DNA from: Caulobacteraceae bacterium
GTDB taxonomy: Bacteria > Pseudomonadota > Alphaproteobacteria > Caulobacterales > Aquidulcibacteraceae
Length of the DNA: 32,000 bases
Reading direction: 5' to 3'
NCBI GenBank assembly: GCA_965234525.1
Contig: OZ248515.1
Span: 1,864,492-1,896,491 of the forward strand
Shown: in pieces, positions 1 to 8,429 of the stretch
Position numbering within the stretch: position 1 is the stretch's first letter
How the letters are laid out: the number at the start of each line of letters is the position of its first letter
Made by a program: the position numbers and the translations under genes
The notes under the pieces: model-generated
Told to the model about the DNA's origin: nothing
The model's input: only the letters and a program-made list of their open reading frames with translations
Database searches by the model: none

Positions 1-52
1 GGGGACAGGACCGCTTATGGGTAATTGAAGACGCCTTGAAAGAGCTCACATC

Positions 53-952
53 TTGAAACGTGCCATCCTCATGTTGCTGCCGCTCCTGCTCGCCTCCGCC
101 TGTCAACCAGAAGCCGAGGTCAAGAATAGTGAGGCCAAGGTCAATTGCGGTTTGCCGGTCGCACAGCAGGGCGGCTGGGTGAAGATTCCTGCAGGTTCAG
201 TTTCGTTGGGCCAAGACCCGGCCTTCCCAGAAGAAGGCCCGTCCATGCGCGTGCAGGTCAACGGGTTTGAGATGCAAACACATGAAGTGACAAACCGCGA
301 GTTTGCCGCTTTTGTCGCAGCGAAAGCCTATGTCACGGACGCCGAAAAGTCGCTGACCCGCCAAGACGGTGGGGCGGGATCTGCCGTGTTTGAAATTGGC
401 AAAGGCGGCCAGCCCGGGCAGTGGAAACTGGTGCCGGGTGCGACGTGGAAAAGTCCAAGAGGACCCGGGAGCACGATCGAGGGCCAGGACGATAAGCCCG
501 TGATTCATGTCTCCCGCCAGGATGCCAAAGCCTATGCAGCTTGGGCGGGCGGGCGCTTGCCCAGTGAAATTGAGTGGGAATATGCCGCCCAGTCTGGCTT
601 GCCTGATCAGGCCAATACGCGATCTGGTGCTTATGACCCTCAAAAGAAGCCAATTGCCAATACGTGGCAGGGGCTGTTTCCCTTTTTGGATGAAGGCGGC
701 GATGGCTTTCAATCTACCGCGCCGGTGGGCTGCTTTTCGCCCAGCAAACTGGGCCTTTACGATATGATTGGGAACGTCTGGGAATGGACCGAAACACCGT
801 TTCAGGACGGCGTCTCAGGGACAGTGAAGGGTGGGTCTTGGCTGTGTTCAGATAATTTCTGTGGACGCTACCGCCCACAAGCCCGACAGCCGCAAGATAT
901 TGACTTTTCAAGCAACCACATCGGGTTCCGCTTGGTTCGGGACGTGCGATAG
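53..952 (+). CDS. Formylglycine-generating enzyme (SUMF1/FGE-sulfatase) family protein, predicted lipoprotein
   Basis: N-terminus MKRAILMLLPLLLASAC matches a lipobox. C-terminal VKGGSWLCSDNFCGRYRPQAR...SSNHIGFRLVRD matches the FGE core, including the C-x4-C pair. TTG start with upstream AAAGAG; ATG at 71 is the alternative. Confidence 0.9.
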   Translation: MKRAILMLLPLLLASACQPEAEVKNSEAKVNCGLPVAQQGGWVKIPAGSVSLGQDPAFPEEGPSMRVQVNGFEMQTHEVTNREFAAFVAAKAYVTDAEKSLTRQDGGAGSAVFEIGKGGQPGQWKLVPGATWKSPRGPGSTIEGQDDKPVIHVSRQDAKAYAAWAGGRLPSEIEWEYAAQSGLPDQANTRSGAYDPQKKPIANTWQGLFPFLDEGGDGFQSTAPVGCFSPSKLGLYDMIGNVWEWTETPFQDGVSGTVKGGSWLCSDNFCGRYRPQARQPQDIDFSSNHIGFRLVRDVR

Positions 953-992
953 ACAGGAAGAAAAGGGCCGCGACTAAAAAGGTTTTGGTTGT

Positions 993-1020
993 TTGACAGG
1001 CTGATTATTGCACTTATAGT
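993..1020 (+). promoter_or_regulatory. Candidate sigma-70 promoter (TTGACA - 16 nt - TATAGT) for the MBL hydrolase
   Basis: TTGACA at 993-998 and TATAGT at 1015-1020, 42 nt upstream of ATG 1063. Confidence 0.6.
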
Positions 1021-1062
1021 GTCAATATAGCGACTTGCCGTTAAGCCGTTGATGAGGTTGCC

Positions 1063-2145
1063 ATGAAAGCCAAGCTACTTCTTGTTATTGTCGCGGGGCT
1101 CCTTGCCTGCGGGGCCGCAGTCGGGTTCTTGAACCGGGATAAGATTGCCCTTGCCGTGCTAGAGCGCGGTGCCGATCAAGCCCTTGCTAATCCAACCATC
1201 GAAGGGTTGAAGACTGGGCTACATGCAGGTTTTTGCGGGACTGGTTCGCCCATGCCAGACCGTGATCGCGCCGGTCCTTGCTTGGCCATTATCGCAGGCG
1301 GCAAGCTCTTTGTGTTTGATGCGGGAGAAGGATCGGCTGAAACGCTCAATCTGATGGGTTTGCCGACCGGCCAAGTGCAGGCCGTGTTCTTAACGCATTT
1401 CCACTCAGACCATATCGATGGTCTGGGCGGTTTGGGTTTACAACGCTGGGCGTCCAGCTCCGCCAAGTCGCCTTTGCCGCTTTATGGGCCCACCGGGGTC
1501 GAACAGATCGCGGCAGGCCTTAGCCAAGTCTATGCCCAAGACCGCGGTTACCGCGTCGCCCATCATGGCGCAGCGATTGTTCCACCCTCGGGCTTTGGAT
1601 TCGACGCTAAGCCCTTTGCGGCTCCGGCTATTGGGTCAGAAGCTGTCGTCTATGAACAGGATGGGCTGAAAATCATTGCCTTTGGCGTAGATCACCGCCC
1701 AATCGAGCCAGCGCTTGGCTACCGGATTGAATATGGCGGGCAGAAGATTGTTATCAGCGGCGACACAAAGGCATGTGACTGTGTGACCAAGGCTGCGCAA
1801 GGAGCCAATCTGTTGGTGCATGAGGCCATAGCTCCGAATCTCACCCAAATCATGGGCAAAGCCGCCAAGGATTCAGGACAGGCGGGTGTCAGCCAAGTCT
1901 TCCACGATATTGAGAATTACCACGCAACCCCTAGCCAGATCGCGGATACTGCCAATAGCGCCAAGGTCGGTGGCGTAGCCTTGACCCATATCGTGCCCGC
2001 TCTGCCGCTCAAGGCCTTGGAAGGGCCATTTTTGGGCGATGCCAAGCAGAAGTTTAAGGGGCCGTTCTGGATCATGCAGGATGGTGACTTAGTCTCGCTG
2101 GATAGTCAGGGCAAACTTTCGAAGCGTCATGTCTTGCGCAATTGA
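1063..2145 (+). CDS. MBL-fold (RNase Z/arylsulfatase-like) metallo-hydrolase, membrane-anchored or exported
   Basis: LTHFHSDHIDGLGGL metal-binding motif; FDAGEGSAETLNLMG; N-terminal hydrophobic segment. Confidence 0.85.
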   Translation: MKAKLLLVIVAGLLACGAAVGFLNRDKIALAVLERGADQALANPTIEGLKTGLHAGFCGTGSPMPDRDRAGPCLAIIAGGKLFVFDAGEGSAETLNLMGLPTGQVQAVFLTHFHSDHIDGLGGLGLQRWASSSAKSPLPLYGPTGVEQIAAGLSQVYAQDRGYRVAHHGAAIVPPSGFGFDAKPFAAPAIGSEAVVYEQDGLKIIAFGVDHRPIEPALGYRIEYGGQKIVISGDTKACDCVTKAAQGANLLVHEAIAPNLTQIMGKAAKDSGQAGVSQVFHDIENYHATPSQIADTANSAKVGGVALTHIVPALPLKALEGPFLGDAKQKFKGPFWIMQDGDLVSLDSQGKLSKRHVLRN

Positions 2146-2238
2146 GGTAGGTCGTGATGGTGACTGGAATTGTCTTGACCCTTCGCACATCCAATGACAA
2201 TCATCGTGTCAAAACAACGAACTGGTTTGGGGGCGACA

Positions 2239-4068
2239 GTGGGCGAAACTAACAAACATCTGTTTGGCTGGATACGCGTGGCTGGCGCCGCACTGTGTTC
2301 TTTGGCTCTCATTGCAGGTGCAGGGTCCGCAGCTGGGCAAGCAAGTCCCAAAGGTCCGGCGACCAAGCCCAAGCCCAATGTTGTTATCATCCTGTTTGAT
2401 GACGCCGCCTTGATGGATCTGGGTGTTTATGGCGGCGAGGCCAAGACGCCGAACATTGATGCGCTTGCCCGTCGGGGCACACGCTTTAACCGGTATTCCA
2501 CCTCGCCCCTCTGTTCGCCTTCCCGCGCGATGTTGTTGACGGGCCTGACCAATCATCAGGCCGGGGTTGCGACGATCAAAGAAGTGATTCCGAAAGAACA
2601 TGTCGGCAAGCCCGGCTATGGTCTGCATTTGGAGCCCAATGCCGCCACCTTGCCAGAGCGTCTGCGCCTTGCTGGCTATCGAACGTTCATGAGTGGCAAG
2701 TGGCATTTAGGCGATGGGCCGGGGCAATTGCCCGGCTCCCGCGGCTTTGACCGATCGTTCGCCCTTGATGCTTCGGGTGCCGATAACTGGGATGATAGGT
2801 CCTACATGCCGTTTTATAACGAGGCACCTTGGTTTGAGGATGATAAGCCCACCTCTTATCCCAGTGGCCAGTTCTCTTCGACGGTGATCGTCAACAAGAT
2901 GCTGGACTATCTGGTCGCGCGACCAAAAGACGATAAACCCTTTTTGGCTTATGTCGCCTTGCAAGCCGTCCACATCCCGGTGCAAGCGCCACGCGAATAT
3001 ACCCAAAAATATGCCGGTCGGTTTGATGGTGGTTGGGATCAATTGCGCAAAGACCGGTTTGAGCGCGCCAAGGCTTTGGGCCTTGTGTCAAAAGATGCCA
3101 AAGCACCCGCGATGCATCCAAGCATGCGTGCTTGGGACAGTTTGAGTGCGGACGAAAAGAGGATGCAGGCCAAGGCGATGGAAGTCTATGCCGGCATGAT
3201 CGAGGCAACCGATGTGGAGATTGGCCGTCTGGTTGCGTATTTGGAGAAGACGGGCGAGCTTGAGAATACGATCTTTGTTATCACCTCCGACAACGGCCCA
3301 GAGCCCAGCAATCCAGGTGGCGAGCGCGGCTTTAATCTTTGGATGAAGACACACGGCTTTACGCGCGAATTGGCTAATCTGGGCGAACGCGGCAGCCATA
3401 ATTGGATCGGACCGGAGTGGGCGAGTGCTTTGGCAACGCCTAGCTATTTGTTCAAATTCTATACTTCCAGCGGTGGCCTACATGTGCCGATGCTGATGGC
3501 TGGCCCCGGCATTGCCGCCGACAAGGCCGTCAATGCAGCAGCCTTTGTGCAAGATATAACACCGACCCTGATCGACCTTGTTGGCGGTGCACCCACTATC
3601 CCCGATGCTAAGCCAATTTCCGGGCGTAGCCTTGCACCCGTGCTGACAGGGCAAGCGGAAGCTGTTTATGGCCCGAATGACGCCGTGGGGGTGGAGGTTT
3701 CTGGCAATGCGGCCATCACCAAGGGCGATTACACGCTGGTGAAATACAACCCCCCTTATGGCGACAATCAGTGGCGGCTCTATCATGTCGTCAATGATCC
3801 GGGCCAAACAACGGACTTGTCGGCGCAATTGCCCGAAGTCCGCGCTGATCTTGAGCGCGCTTATGCGGCTTATGCAAAGGCCAATGGCGTTCTTGAATTG
3901 CCCAAGGGCTATAAGGTTCAACGTCAGGCAGCGCACAATAGCATTATGCGTCAGTTGAGCTTTTATGGCTGGCAGCTGGCGGGGCTAGGCCTCATTCTGG
4001 TCCTTACAATATTCGCCCTCATTCGTATCGCATTCGCCTATATCGCGCGTAAAAAGAAAGCTGCCTGA
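2239..4068 (+). CDS. Arylsulfatase (Cys-type), N-terminal signal/anchor and C-terminal TM segment
   Basis: NVVIILFDDAAL...TPNIDALARRG...PLCSPSRAMLLTG (C-x-P-S-R) and ITSDNG. C-terminal hydrophobic helix GWQLAGLGLILVLTIFALIRIAFAYIARKKK. The ORF opens at 2194, but GTG 2239 has a GGGGG ribosome-binding site and precedes the signal sequence. Confidence 0.9.
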   Translation: MGETNKHLFGWIRVAGAALCSLALIAGAGSAAGQASPKGPATKPKPNVVIILFDDAALMDLGVYGGEAKTPNIDALARRGTRFNRYSTSPLCSPSRAMLLTGLTNHQAGVATIKEVIPKEHVGKPGYGLHLEPNAATLPERLRLAGYRTFMSGKWHLGDGPGQLPGSRGFDRSFALDASGADNWDDRSYMPFYNEAPWFEDDKPTSYPSGQFSSTVIVNKMLDYLVARPKDDKPFLAYVALQAVHIPVQAPREYTQKYAGRFDGGWDQLRKDRFERAKALGLVSKDAKAPAMHPSMRAWDSLSADEKRMQAKAMEVYAGMIEATDVEIGRLVAYLEKTGELENTIFVITSDNGPEPSNPGGERGFNLWMKTHGFTRELANLGERGSHNWIGPEWASALATPSYLFKFYTSSGGLHVPMLMAGPGIAADKAVNAAAFVQDITPTLIDLVGGAPTIPDAKPISGRSLAPVLTGQAEAVYGPNDAVGVEVSGNAAITKGDYTLVKYNPPYGDNQWRLYHVVNDPGQTTDLSAQLPEVRADLERAYAAYAKANGVLELPKGYKVQRQAAHNSIMRQLSFYGWQLAGLGLILVLTIFALIRIAFAYIARKKKAA

Positions 4069-5114
4069 TGTCTGATACCTCAGCCTCATCCCGTCTCCAC
4101 GTCTTAGGGGCTGCAGGTTCGCCTTACACCCGTAAAGTCATCGCGGCCCTGCGCTATCGCCACATTCCCTATGCGCTGCATTGGGGCAGTCATCGCAGCC
4201 CGATGCCGGGCTTCCCCGAAGCCAAAGTAAAACTCCTACCCACCGTGTATTTCCCGCAGGCCGGTGGTGGCTATGAAGCGCAAGTCGACTCCACGCCCAT
4301 TCTGGCAAGGCTTGAGCGGGAGTTTGCCGGTCGCGCCTTGGTGCCGAGCGATCCGGTTATCGCCTTTCTCGATCATCTGATCGAAGACTTTGCCGATGAA
4401 TGGCTGACGAAGGCGATGTTCCATTATCGCTGGGCACGCGAGGCCGATATTGCCCATGCGGGTCCGCAATTGATTTTCTGGCATGACACGACAACGTCTA
4501 ATGCGGACGCCAAAGCCGCCTCTGACTTTATCTCCAAGCGCCAGATTGATCGCCTCTATGTCGTGGGTTCAAATGCCGTCACAGCGACGACAATCGAACA
4601 ATCGTATGAGCGATTAGTCGATGTGCTGGAGGCCCTCATCCAGCCCGCAGGCTTCGTTTTGGGCGCAAGGCCCGGTACCGCTGACTTTGGTCTCTATGGT
4701 CAGCTGACGCAGCTAGGTGTGGTTGATCCAACCCCCGCTGCCTTGTGCGCCGAACGTGCCCCGCGCCTGCGCGCTTGGATCGACCGGATGGAAGACCTCT
4801 CAGGCCTTGAGCCTCAAGACACGGACTGGCTTGCCCGCGATCAGGCGCAAGCGCGTCTCGCGCCGCTTCTCGCCGAGATTGGCCGCGTTTATGTGCCATT
4901 CCTTCACGCCAATGCTAAAGCCGCTCAAGCTGGGGAGGCAAGCTTTGAAACCGTCATTGATGGACGAGTCTGGACGCAACCAACCTTTGCCTATCAGGCG
5001 AAATGTCTAGTTTGGCTCAAAGACCATGCAAAGTCCTTGTCCGGCCCTGATGCTGAGGTTTGCCGCACAATCCTATCGGGCACAGGATGTGAGGCGCTGT
5101 TCGATGCTAACTGA
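4068..5114 (+). CDS. Glutathione S-transferase family protein
   Basis: N-terminal LHVLGAAGSPYTRKVIAALRYRHIPY and later KLLPTVYFP...DSTPILARLE thioredoxin-fold pattern; C-terminal PGTADFGLYGQL. Overlaps the sulfatase stop (TGATG). Confidence 0.8.
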   Translation: MSDTSASSRLHVLGAAGSPYTRKVIAALRYRHIPYALHWGSHRSPMPGFPEAKVKLLPTVYFPQAGGGYEAQVDSTPILARLEREFAGRALVPSDPVIAFLDHLIEDFADEWLTKAMFHYRWAREADIAHAGPQLIFWHDTTTSNADAKAASDFISKRQIDRLYVVGSNAVTATTIEQSYERLVDVLEALIQPAGFVLGARPGTADFGLYGQLTQLGVVDPTPAALCAERAPRLRAWIDRMEDLSGLEPQDTDWLARDQAQARLAPLLAEIGRVYVPFLHANAKAAQAGEASFETVIDGRVWTQPTFAYQAKCLVWLKDHAKSLSGPDAEVCRTILSGTGCEALFDAN

Positions 5115-5140
5115 GAATATGATTGGGGGAGATTGACGTC

Positions 5141-6808
5141 ATGCTGAAGAAAATCCTGCTGGGTGGTTTGGTTGCCATCGTGGGCTTAGGCGCGCTGGCT
5201 TATGTGAAGCGCGTGGATCTGGTGCTGGCACTCGCCGCTTCCCAAAAGCGCACCGATATTCCCGCCAATAAACCCATCGCTTGGATGCAGGGACCGGCCG
5301 CGGCGCAAGCCACTGAAGGCGACCGTCCGCCCAATATTATTTTCATTCTGGCTGATGATTTAGGTTATAATGACATCTCGACCTTTGGCGGCGGGCTCGG
5401 CAATGGCAAAATCAAAACCCCAAACATTGATGCGTTAGCGGCTTCAGGTGTCGCATTCCGTCAGGCCTATTCAGGCACCGCAAGCTGTGCACCGTCGCGC
5501 GCGATGATCATGACTGGGCGTTATCCAACCCGCACAGGGTTTGAGTTCACCCCAACGCCAGATGGTATGGGCCGGATTGTAAAAATGGTATCCGACTCCA
5601 TGCGTGGAGAAAGTGGTATGCCGCCCGCCATCTATCATGCCGACCGTGTGGCTGAGATGCCAAAGTACGACAAACAAGGTTTGCCAGGCTCAGAAGTCAC
5701 AATCGCAGAAGTCTTGAAGACGCGTGGCTATCACACCGTTCATATTGGTAAGTGGCACACTGGACTTGGCCCTGAATTTGGAGCCAACGCCCAAGGCTTT
5801 GACGAAAGCCTGTTGATGGCAAGCGGCCTGCATCTACCCGAAGATGACCCAAATGCTGTCAACGCAAAGCTCGAATTTGACCCAATCGACAAATTCTTAT
5901 GGGCGCGCATGGAATATGCGGCATCTTACAATGATGGGGAATGGTTCAAACCACGCGGCTATCTCGCCGATTATTGGACCGATGAAGCGATTGAAGTTAT
6001 CAAGGCCAACAAAAATCGACCCTTCTTTATCAATCTTTCGCATTGGACCGTGCACACGCCCTTGCAAGCCACGAAAGCTGATTATGATGCGGTGGGGCCG
6101 ATGAGCTCTGAGCGCGAGCGGGTCTATGCGGCGATGATCGTGTCGCTAGACCGAAGCATCGGGAGGATTGTCGCGACCTTGAAAGAACAAGGCATGGCCG
6201 ACAACACCTTGATCGTGTTTTCAAGCGACAATGGTGGCCCGGGCTATATTGGTCTGCCAGAGATCAACAAGCCTTTCCGGGGCTGGAAACTCTCGCTGTT
6301 TGAGGGAGGCATTCGCGTGCCCATGTTCATGTCTTGGCCTGGGAAAATTCCTGCGGGCACGCAAGTACAAGCCCCCGTCGCCCATATTGATCTGATGCCA
6401 ACATTGGCGGCAGCAGCTGGGGCAGCACTTCCTAAGGGCGTTGCGATTGATGGCGTCAACATTCTACCCCACGCCAAAGGTAAGGCCGGAAATGCGCGTC
6501 CGCATGAAACCATCTTCTGGCAGAGCGATGGCTACCGGGTTGTGCGTTATCTGGATTGGAAACTGCAACTGATCGAAAAGCCCGGTGCTGTCTATCTCTA
6601 CGATCTGGCCACCGACCCAACCGAGAAAACCAATCTAGCAGCGGCCCGACCTGACATGGTCGCCAAACTTCGGAAGTTGTTAGATGACCATAAGGCCGGT
6701 GGTCGCAAACCGCTTTACCCAGCCACACTGGAAGGTCCTATCGCTATTGACCGGGCTTTAGGGACTAAGGCTACTAAGGATGAGGTCATCGCGTATTGGC
6801 CGAATTAG
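5141..6808 (+). CDS. Arylsulfatase (Cys-type), signal-anchored
   Basis: NIIFILADDLGYNDISTFGG...TPNIDALAASGVAFRQAYSGTASCAPSRAMIMTGRYPTR; HIGKWHTG; FSSDNGGPG. ORF opens at TTG 5123; ATG 5141 is more likely (MLKKILLGGLVAIVGLG). Confidence 0.93.
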   Translation: MLKKILLGGLVAIVGLGALAYVKRVDLVLALAASQKRTDIPANKPIAWMQGPAAAQATEGDRPPNIIFILADDLGYNDISTFGGGLGNGKIKTPNIDALAASGVAFRQAYSGTASCAPSRAMIMTGRYPTRTGFEFTPTPDGMGRIVKMVSDSMRGESGMPPAIYHADRVAEMPKYDKQGLPGSEVTIAEVLKTRGYHTVHIGKWHTGLGPEFGANAQGFDESLLMASGLHLPEDDPNAVNAKLEFDPIDKFLWARMEYAASYNDGEWFKPRGYLADYWTDEAIEVIKANKNRPFFINLSHWTVHTPLQATKADYDAVGPMSSERERVYAAMIVSLDRSIGRIVATLKEQGMADNTLIVFSSDNGGPGYIGLPEINKPFRGWKLSLFEGGIRVPMFMSWPGKIPAGTQVQAPVAHIDLMPTLAAAAGAALPKGVAIDGVNILPHAKGKAGNARPHETIFWQSDGYRVVRYLDWKLQLIEKPGAVYLYDLATDPTEKTNLAAARPDMVAKLRKLLDDHKAGGRKPLYPATLEGPIAIDRALGTKATKDEVIAYWPN

Positions 6809-8262
6809 GTCCGATCTGCGTCGGGCGGAGCAGTAGCTGCCGGCGTTGATTGCGCGCTCACTTGAGACGGCGCTTCAGACTGAGGCGCCGGATCAGGTTG
6901 GCCATTTCGCTGCTGAGCTGCCGTCACCAAGAATTGCATTGCCTCCCGATTGGCGAGGCCAGCGGCCACCGCAATAGCGGCGAGGAGCTTAGGGTCTAGG
7001 TTAGCCGCCGGGCCTTCTTCGCCGCCGACAACAGCCCCTGTGGTCATTAGGCCCAGCCAGGTTAAAAGGCCCACAGCCGCCCCTAAGAACGCACCTAGCA
7101 GCAGAGAATCCTTCACGCTGAGGAAGGCAACATCCTCTTCCAACGCGCTGTATTTGACCCAAGCAGACCGATAGGCACCGCCGACCGCCCCAGTCGTTAA
7201 AGACAAAAGGATGGTTAAGGCCAGGGCAGGTGCCGTCAATAGGGTTCGAAAGCAGTAGTCAAACAAGCCTTCAATCGGAAAAAAGAGATAGGTTGCAAGA
7301 AAGGTTTGAACCTTCAACATGTCTTTGCTGGGACAATGAGGTTCGCAGCTGAAGCCGCGTGCGTCATCCTTTGTCAGAAAACTCAAAAGTAGCCGGGTGG
7401 CCTCCAGCGACGCAGGATTTCGCAGGGCGGGATCTGAATCACGCTGGGTCTTTAGCGCAGCGATTTGGTCAGAGAGCGTTTTTTGAAGCGCATTTAAGTC
7501 TTCAAGCCGCTTCTTCGCCCCTTCATGAAGGCTTACATAGGCAATAACGTTGGAATAGCTGCACTCCTTTGCTTGATCGGGCTTCAGAAGCGTACCTGTT
7601 GGGAGGGTGCAATAATCCCGCAAATTCTTGATAAAGGCCTCGTCGCCCTTAACGGCAGAGGAAGCGAGTTGATACAAGGGGATCACCGTCAAAGGAGTCG
7701 ATTTGGCTTGCGCCGATTCGGCGTTGTTTTGGCCTAGGTCTGATGAGCCGCACGCGGGGGTTGCGCCGGCATCTTTGCTGATCTCGCCATACACTTTGCT
7801 CAGGAATCTTTGGGTCAAGACACCAACGCGCTGATCAGCTGGTAATCCCTCATCTGCTTCAACCGCTTTGATATAGTGTGAATAATAGCATTGAAACAGG
7901 ATCCGTCTGAATTGTACGCGCGCGGCATATTCGACTCTGCTCAATCGATCTAAATCTGCGACAGCTTGAACATATTTGGTGGTGATGCGTGCGCGCTCTT
8001 CATTGAGGGCTTTTTCTTGCTGTTCCAGCAGATTCAGATTTGCTGCAGCTGTATACATGGCTTGTCCGCCGTACGCGCCAGCCACATCCGCTTGCCGAAA
8101 GCTTCTCGCCATATCCGCGCAAACCAGAATGGATGTCGCGATCAACGTGATACCAACGAGGAAGACGGCTTGTAAAACTAGGTCGATATTCGAGGCGGCA
8201 GTCTTGTTATTGGTAACGATTTCATCTGGCTGGGTCTCTAGTATCGTCACGATCAAATCCAA
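6805..8262 (-). CDS. Uncharacterised membrane protein: N-terminal TM, Cys-containing coiled-coil-like region, C-terminal TM cluster
   Basis: 485-aa ORF with hydrophobic segments (VLQAVFLVGITLIATSILV; LTAPALALTILLSLTTGAVGG; LLLGAFLGAAVGLLTWLGLMTTG) and a charged helical middle. No family recognised. TTG start. Confidence 0.7.
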   Translation of the reverse strand: MDLIVTILETQPDEIVTNNKTAASNIDLVLQAVFLVGITLIATSILVCADMARSFRQADVAGAYGGQAMYTAAANLNLLEQQEKALNEERARITTKYVQAVADLDRLSRVEYAARVQFRRILFQCYYSHYIKAVEADEGLPADQRVGVLTQRFLSKVYGEISKDAGATPACGSSDLGQNNAESAQAKSTPLTVIPLYQLASSAVKGDEAFIKNLRDYCTLPTGTLLKPDQAKECSYSNVIAYVSLHEGAKKRLEDLNALQKTLSDQIAALKTQRDSDPALRNPASLEATRLLLSFLTKDDARGFSCEPHCPSKDMLKVQTFLATYLFFPIEGLFDYCFRTLLTAPALALTILLSLTTGAVGGAYRSAWVKYSALEEDVAFLSVKDSLLLGAFLGAAVGLLTWLGLMTTGAVVGGEEGPAANLDPKLLAAIAVAAGLANREAMQFLVTAAQQRNGQPDPAPQSEAPSQVSAQSTPAATAPPDADRT

Positions 8263-8429
8263 TCTCGCCTAAAACTATTTCCTTGCAGTCTACCATAAAT
8301 TATTAATCTGCAAAGTCTTATTTAAAAGTCTTAGGTCGGGCTTTGGCAACTTTGTAAGCTAAAGCGAATGGCCAAGTTGGACGCTGTCCGCTACCTTCGT
8401 AAGGCTCCAGCTTAGGACTTCAAATCATC

